Source: Tilletiaria anomala UBC 951
Lineage: Eukaryota
Assembly: GCF_000711695.1 (NCBI RefSeq)
Contig: NW_013547021.1
Coordinates: forward strand, 372,001-436,000
Direction of reading: 5' to 3'
DNA: 64,000 nt
Shown: positions 57,726-64,000 of the stretch, in pieces
Layout of the letters: each line of letters starts with the position of its first letter
How positions within the stretch are numbered: the stretch's first letter is position 1
Program-made: the position numbers and the translations under genes
The notes under the pieces: model-generated
What the model was told of the DNA's origin: nothing
The model's input: the letters and a program-made list of their open reading frames with translations, nothing else
Databases searched by the model: none

Positions 57726-59757
57726 ACTTGTTCTAATGCACCGGTAGCGGGTATAGTGACTGGATTCTTGGCTCCCTGGGGGTCATTCACATGCACACGC
57801 AAAACGCAAATACATTCACGGTGTAAGAGTCTTAGACTGTCCCACAACGATCTAATGATACTGCAGCAGACTGTATCTTCACGCTTGATATTGACCGAAA
57901 GGGCAGCGAGGGGATATGTTGATCGCCATATTACGGAATTAGAATTAATGAGGATGCCTTCATCGCCCAGACAGCCGACGGCTGATGCGCCAATGCCTCG
58001 CTGATCGGCATTGATCAGGTTCAAGTATATGCCATGCGGCGAGTTGCGTGCGTAGACGCATAAAAGTCTATGACATACATATTGGACTCTGAGGACGCAT
58101 CTACTGGCAGCAGGGTCAACAAGTTGCATGCAAGGAATAGTGAAGGAGAGGTAGGAAATTGTCAGCAGTTGTTAAATCCAATGCTCACAAAGACGGTGCG
58201 AGCGTTGGCGGTTCTATTAGACCCATTCGCATAGGTGTAGATGCACTGTACGAAGGAAGAGATAATGGCTAGATTCATACAAGTCTGAGGAGCATGTAGG
58301 TGCTTATAGATTAGTCGAGTGATAATAGGGGAGAGAAAGACTGTGGTGTATGTGCCAATAGTGGGGCTCATGCCGCGGCAGAACTGAATGCATCGTCACT
58401 TGATCCATTCCGTGGTTCGTAACACTATATATATTGTATGTACTGGCAGTGTGCCAGCTTCTGGGTCCATACTCATCCGCTTCCCTAGTACTGTACTTCT
58501 TGGGCATTGTGTAGCGCAGGTCCCTGGCGATTGCCACGGGCTTGGAGGACTTCCCATTTGTGGTATATTAACTATGCCCTTGTGTGCCCATAGAGAGTAT
58601 GAAGCTATCATGCGAGTCCGGCGTCAGCCCATGGAGAGCGTCGCATCGAGGTTTGGAGTCCCAATGAGTACGGTGTGTATGCCATGATAAAGGACATCTC
58701 TGAAAAAGGAGGCCCGGAAGGACTACTGTACATATATTGAGCATCCCCGTGTTCTCGCCTCACGCTTGCGTTCGACGATTCAAGCATGACGAAATTGAGC
58801 AGACGAAGCGATACCAGGCGAGGTGATAGAAGGAATGGAGAGGATTGGTAGATTGGTAGGTACTAGGCCATAGGCATGCAGGCGCCACTACTGCGCCACT
58901 CCAGTGTCTGATAGTGCAGGGCCACCCCTTGCTGCATGTATGGGCTTGCACGACCCACGCGATGGGGTCCTGGAAAGTGCAAATGTTACGTCGCATGCAA
59001 ATCGCGTGGATGGTGCGTAATAAATAAAAAGCCGCATGTATCGCGCGCGATCTGAAGCTCCCGAAAAAGAATGCACAATGTAATGCCACAGAGTGCTAAC
59101 CCACACTGTGGAAGACTGTGGTCTGTAGAGGATTTTTATGCTAAAACCTCCATTGAAACTACGCGAGCCCTTGGTGAACGGGTTCAAACTCATACCGCGG
59201 GTTTCGGGCCAAGATCTGCGTGCCCCCCCACCTGTCCCCGCGATCTGCTAGCGCGCTCGGTCTGCTAGTTGTCTGCAGGGGCTAAAAGTGCCTGGGCGCG
59301 AGGGCCACGCGACTTGGCGAGGGCACTGCGAGAGAGCCACCAGCCCGCACTAGCTGCATCGGCGTTCAAGCTGAGGCTGGTTTGTGATCCGTTCTTGCTC
59401 TGTCCAGTTGCCTTCCTTATCCACGTTGGACTTTCTTGCCGAGTCGGCAGGACAGGCGGAGGGTGGCCGATCCGCAGGCGTTGGGCGCCCAAATGCCACG
59501 ACTCTCCTCCAAATGCCGCATCAGTTTATTATTCAAGCCTCCTTTCCGCCCCCTTGGCCCCTTTTTCCTTCCAGCCTCATCGGTTCATTTTCGGCATGGG
59601 TATGTGGAAGGCACAATAAGAGTCGACCTGATGCAAATAGGCATCCATCATGCATTAACGCCTCAGGGGCCGAGCAGACATGCTGGGTGAAAGCCAGACT
59701 GCTGGTGCATCGTGCATCCAAAGAAAGCCATCGGCTATGTGTACCGTCGCACTGCCA

Positions 59758-59805
59758 GCATTCGCACTCGCATCGGCATTCGCTTCCGCATCGGCATTCG
59801 CATCT
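59758..59805. repeat. Imperfect hexanucleotide tandem repeat (GCATTC/GCATCG-type, ~8 units)
   Basis: gcattc gcactc gcatcg gcattc gcttcc gcatcg gcattc gcatct. Confidence 0.8.
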
Positions 59806-61597
59806 TATTCGCTCATGCACTTGTGCACCCATATATCCAGGCTTCATGCGTCCGTAGGGCGCAGTTCGCACTCTCTGACAGTAAATGGTAATCTGGGTTG
59901 TCGACACTTCCGATGCATGCGTCGAACCCTGCCTGGCCCCGTTGGGGCGTGTGACGCAACAGCGCTTGCGGAACCGAAGCCAACTATAATCAACGTCTGT
60001 AAGGCTTTAGGATCACTATGCTTCTGTTAAGAAAGTACTTATGAAAACTCAGGGCTAGGCTGTGATGGCATGATAACGGCTGGTACCCTAGGCTCTATTT
60101 GGGTACTTGTGCGACCTGCGGGACGAATCATGAAATGCACTCCATTGCATTGTTTCCACCGCACCTGTCTATACTACGAGTATCGACAGATTTGCAACTG
60201 GAGACTTGGGCTGCTCCTGATGTATGACGACTGACTGCTTTTGCGGACGCAATTCAGTTGGCAGGAGATCGAAGGTGCTCTATGGTCCGTCGTTGGCATT
60301 TTGGCTCAAACCTCATGCGCTCTTTGTTACAGGTCCTCGGTCAGCGGACCAAGGTGGTCACCAATGCAGGTTGGCCCTGGTAGTGCCCTGGTGCATGCGT
60401 TCACTTCTGGCCCTTCCAGGACCCTCTCGCTCATCAATCCGTGTATGTATACTTTGAACAAAAATATAGAGCATACTGTACTGTGTACATATGTATACAT
60501 CCATACGCACAAAGGCCCCGTGTCTGCCAAAAAATAAAAAAAAAGAATAAAAACAATCCAAGCAGGGTCCTGAAACCCCCTCCCCTGATCGCAGTGGGAG
60601 CTTTGCCGCCGACAGTGGCGCAGTGCCTTCGCGGGCTAAGCACATGCGCAGCCCCAGATCGTCCACCATCATCGACCAGTCGACAACTGACCGCTTCGAT
60701 GCGGTGCTTAGTGCAAATGGATCCCCCCCCCCACCCCCCAACCATCAGCCGGGATCTTGAAATCCCCCATGCTCCGTTTACGGTACACAGTCAACGTAGT
60801 TACACCATCCCAGCAGAATCACTATGCCATCAATCCTGGTATGGTCATCCATCATTATGCCTTCGACACCCTGACCAGGTTTGGAGCAAGACGACCGCGT
60901 GCTCAGACGGTCAGTCAGGCCTAGGGTTTCGTAGTCGATCATCATCCAGTCGGAGAGCCCTTCACCTTCAAAAGGTAGAGGGCTCCATTCGGTCATCCAC
61001 ATCGACCTGACTTCGTCGACCAGATTCTAACAACCCCAACTCGTTTTCCGTCTCGTCGTCGGCCATCACGCTCTGACACTGGGACAATTCGGCCCATGTC
61101 CTCACAACACCAGCAGCTGTCGCAGCTCCATCTCCAGTCTCCATCTATCGCGATCACCGGCCTGCAACCCCTACTCGGTCATCGACTGCCACGGAAACTC
61201 TCTTAAGAGTTCTAGAGCGGGCCCCCGGGCTTGGCACTTCGTGTCCAGTGCTGAGCCTCCGAACGCTAGCAGGGAGCATATATATCGAGAGGCTTCTCGT
61301 TGCCTTCACCAGCATCTGTGTCTCCATCGCCACCCTTCCCTCTTTCCAACCTTTAGAGACTCCGTTGCATCTTGCCTCTGCCGTGCTGCTGACCTGGAGT
61401 CGCTGCACACCAAGCCAAGTAAGTGTGCTTTCTTTGACTCTTGTCTAGACATGGCATCAAAATGGAGCTGACACGTTGCTTCCCACCGAAGTCACTGCTT
61501 TCGCAAACCGATCCTCGATCTGTGCATCTTCACGTGTGCAATCCTCACAGCGCGAACTTTTTGAGAGCAATTCTCATCGGCCACGATCATAGCGAAG

Positions 61598-64000
61598 ATG
61601 TCTTCCTCGCCCAACCAGCACCACCGTAACCTCGTCGGCACCAAGATCGCCTCGGGCCGTCTTGAACTCCTCTCGATCCTCGGACTCGGCGCATACGGTG
61701 TTGTTTACCTCGCCCGTGATCTGCAACATCCTCTGCAGCAAGGTCCTTTCCCAAGCACTTCCTCGGGCCAAAACCATCCTGCTGCAGCCTTGCTCGCCAG
61801 TGGCAATGGTGCCGCCACAGGCTTCTACGCTGTCAAGTGCCTCAATCGCACGGGCCTCGATGCACGGCAGAAGTCCTTCCAGCGGCGTGAGATCGCGCTG
61901 CACACCATGGCATGCAAGCATCCGGGTGTTGTCAGTCTTTACCAGGTGCTAGATGACCCTCTGTGCATCTATGTCGTCATGGACTATTGCCCTGACGGCG
62001 ACCTGTTCAGCATGATCACTGAACACCAGCGCTACGCTCTCTCCGTGCCACGGACTCCCAAGTTCGTCGACGGCAACGGTATTACCCGTTATGCTGACGA
62101 GGAATTTTCCTACGTCCAAGCGCGCCATGACATGGATCAGCTCGTCAAGAGCGTCTTTGACCAGATCATCGATGCTGTCGAATATTGTCATCGTCTAGGC
62201 ATCTACCACCGAGACCTCAAGCCAGAGAACATCCTTTGTCTGGAAAACGGAGCTCGGGTCGTACTTGCCGACTTTGGCCTGGCGACGGCCGACAAGTTCA
62301 GCAGCGACTTTGGCTGTGGGAGCACGTTTTACATGGGCCCAGAGTGCCAAGGTGGCATCACTACGCGGTTGCGGAATTACAGCACGGCTGCAAACGATGT
62401 CTGGTCGCTCGGCGTCATCCTCGTCAACCTCGTCTGCGGCCGCAACCCCTGGAAGCAGGCGTGCGCAGGCGATGAGACATTTTGCGAGTACCTTCGCAAT
62501 CCGGATTTCCTCAAGGAGATCCTTCCCATCTCGGACTCGCTCAATGCTGTCCTCAAGCGTGTCTTTTCACCGTTCGCCGAGAAGAGGTGCACCTTGCAGG
62601 AGCTGAGGCAGCTCGTCAAGGACATCCCTCGCTTCACTGCCACCACCTTCGAACTTAAGCAACGGCAAGAAGCAGTACGACTGGCAGCTGCCAAGGCACA
62701 CGCTACCCACGCCGCGCTTAACCAGCAGGCTCAAGCACAGGCTAAGGCACAGACACAGGCTCAAGCTCAAGCACAGGCTCAAGCACAGGCTCAAGCACAG
62801 GCTCAAGCACAGGCTCAAGCACAGCAGCAATATCAGGCAGCTGCGACTTCCGCTATCGTGCATCAGAACTACGCTCCGTCACCGCCACGACGCAACGTCA
62901 AGCAGTCGAGAGCGCAGGAGACGGACTACCACGCAGCGCGGATAGCAAATTGGGAAGCAGCTGGCGAGCGTGCCCGCGCGGAGAAGCACGAAGAGTCCAG
63001 GCAATCGACACCGACGCTTCCACGAGCAACAGATATGCCACCGTCTCCCGAAGACACGATGGGGAGTGACGGAGCGAGCTCGGAGTATGATGATGACGAG
63101 TCCAGCGAGCAATGGAGTAGTGGTGTAGAAGAGGATCCAGCTACAGTCGCCACCGCTGAGAATGCACTGTCGTCCTCGTCAGGCTCGCCGTCGTCGCCAG
63201 CGACAGACTTTAGCGGAGGCGCTCAAGTCGACTGGTCTCAGCATCCGATCGCAGCTACACCTGCAAGGGTCCGACGTTCGATTATCTCGGATTCTTCTGC
63301 CTCTGATGGCCAACATGCCCCGTCGAGACCTCTGCACGATGACACGCTGCAGTCCCCCGACATGTCAGACGAGGGCATGACTCCCGATAGCGCCTCAAGT
63401 CGCAGTGGGTCTGGAGAGTCTCGCCGGAGCTCGGTGTCGTACACTGGTCTACCGCCTACACCCCGCTTTGCTCCTGAGCAGCCTCTGCACAGTGATGGCG
63501 GCGACAAGGCATCATCTGGCAAGCCCGTCACTGCTCTACCTCAGCTCGCCTTTGTCGACGCCCTCAGCACCTCCAGAACGCCGCACATTGCGCATGCCGA
63601 AGAAGTCTCATGCATCTCCCCCGCTGACGGCGCCAAGAAAGGTGCAATCAACATCAATCCTCAGTCCAAGAGCTCGGCGCTGAACTCCGGCAACCCGCAT
63701 TCTCGCTGGGTGCGCCGTGGACTAGAGGAGATGCGACTTGATTCCTCGCAAGCCTCTCGCGCCTCGCGACCGTATATTGGCGCCGGTTCTAGCAGCGAGC
63801 TCAGCAGTAGCGATGATGAAGGCGCCGCAGGACGCAGCGAGAGCATTGTGTCACAAAACTATACATTCTCATTTGAGGACTGCAGCATTAGCGCCGCCAC
63901 TCCGCACGAGCCGGCCCAGCAACAGCAGGCATCTTCACCGCAGCACGGACGCCTCCCTTCGCTGCAAGCTCGCAGGGCCAAGCTGACTTCGCCGCTGCAC
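61598..64000 (+). CDS. Ran1/Pat1/Sks1-like Ser/Thr protein kinase, 3' end beyond window
   Basis: LELLSILGLGAYGVVYLA, YAVKCL..GLDARQKSFQRREIALH, MDYCPDGDLFSMI, YHRDLKPENIL, LADFGLAT..DFGCGSTFYMGPEC, NDVWSLGVILVNLVCGRNPWK; absent from the ORF track because no stop occurs in the window. Confidence 0.93.
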   Translation, partial: MSSSPNQHHRNLVGTKIASGRLELLSILGLGAYGVVYLARDLQHPLQQGPFPSTSSGQNHPAAALLASGNGAATGFYAVKCLNRTGLDARQKSFQRREIALHTMACKHPGVVSLYQVLDDPLCIYVVMDYCPDGDLFSMITEHQRYALSVPRTPKFVDGNGITRYADEEFSYVQARHDMDQLVKSVFDQIIDAVEYCHRLGIYHRDLKPENILCLENGARVVLADFGLATADKFSSDFGCGSTFYMGPECQGGITTRLRNYSTAANDVWSLGVILVNLVCGRNPWKQACAGDETFCEYLRNPDFLKEILPISDSLNAVLKRVFSPFAEKRCTLQELRQLVKDIPRFTATTFELKQRQEAVRLAAAKAHATHAALNQQAQAQAKAQTQAQAQAQAQAQAQAQAQAQAQAQQQYQAAATSAIVHQNYAPSPPRRNVKQSRAQETDYHAARIANWEAAGERARAEKHEESRQSTPTLPRATDMPPSPEDTMGSDGASSEYDDDESSEQWSSGVEEDPATVATAENALSSSSGSPSSPATDFSGGAQVDWSQHPIAATPARVRRSIISDSSASDGQHAPSRPLHDDTLQSPDMSDEGMTPDSASSRSGSGESRRSSVSYTGLPPTPRFAPEQPLHSDGGDKASSGKPVTALPQLAFVDALSTSRTPHIAHAEEVSCISPADGAKKGAININPQSKSSALNSGNPHSRWVRRGLEEMRLDSSQASRASRPYIGAGSSSELSSSDDEGAAGRSESIVSQNYTFSFEDCSISAATPHEPAQQQQASSPQHGRLPSLQARRAKLTSPLH
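62726..62821 (+). repeat. Coding tandem repeat (CAGGCTCAAGCA)n encoding a Gln-Ala tract in the kinase
   Basis: About eight 12-bp units, last ones perfect; translates QAQAQAKAQTQAQAQAQA... Confidence 0.9.

Noticed and set aside
59040..59090. Minus-strand ALHCAFFFGSFRSRAI resembling a tyrosine-recombinase box I
   Set aside because: No downstream HxxR/GRW/Y motifs could be found; similarity is likely fortuitous
1..64000. Stop-codon readthrough (TGA-CTA) cryptic PTS1 extensions, tRNA/snRNA/rRNA genes, CRISPR arrays, intact transposons, or a biosynthetic gene cluster
   Set aside because: The stop contexts I checked showed no TGA-CTA or downstream SKL-like ending; no RNA-gene signatures, repeat-spacer arrays, transposase/RT ORFs or backbone synthases seen by eye (a covariance-model scan would be needed to exclude small RNAs)

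Overview
This is a gene-dense, intron-rich stretch of fungal nuclear DNA. It is a basidiomycete; the Ras2 sequence and GT-AG/CTRAC introns point to Ustilaginomycotina, though the species cannot be determined from sequence alone. I reconstructed about 20 apparently intact genes by manual splicing: an amino-acid permease 3' end, PRE9, an RBM18-like RRM protein, ras2, BET1, a ~1000-aa HEM4, CDC24, a DUF89/ARMT1 phosphatase, SOD2, MetAP1, NHP6, a PS decarboxylase, KAP95, an Fmp46-like protein, a chitin deacetylase, a ferric reductase, an RWDD2/DUF1115 protein, D-amino-acid oxidase, a Ran1-like kinase that runs off the window, and hypothetical genes. Three clear oxidoreductase pseudogenes (SDR, MDR/ADH-like, ferric reductase) and one small frameshifted gene are interspersed. 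I saw no rRNA, tRNA, CRISPR array or intact mobile element, and no convincing novel multi-gene system. The best leads are: the hugely expanded uroporphyrinogen-III synthase; an Fmp46-like protein ending in a CaaX box; a dead/live ferric reductase tandem with an exact ATCTGATAA iron-GATA site between the copies; long AUG-free leaders before ras2 and CDC24; and a 10-nt microexon. All family calls rest on motif recognition, not database searches.
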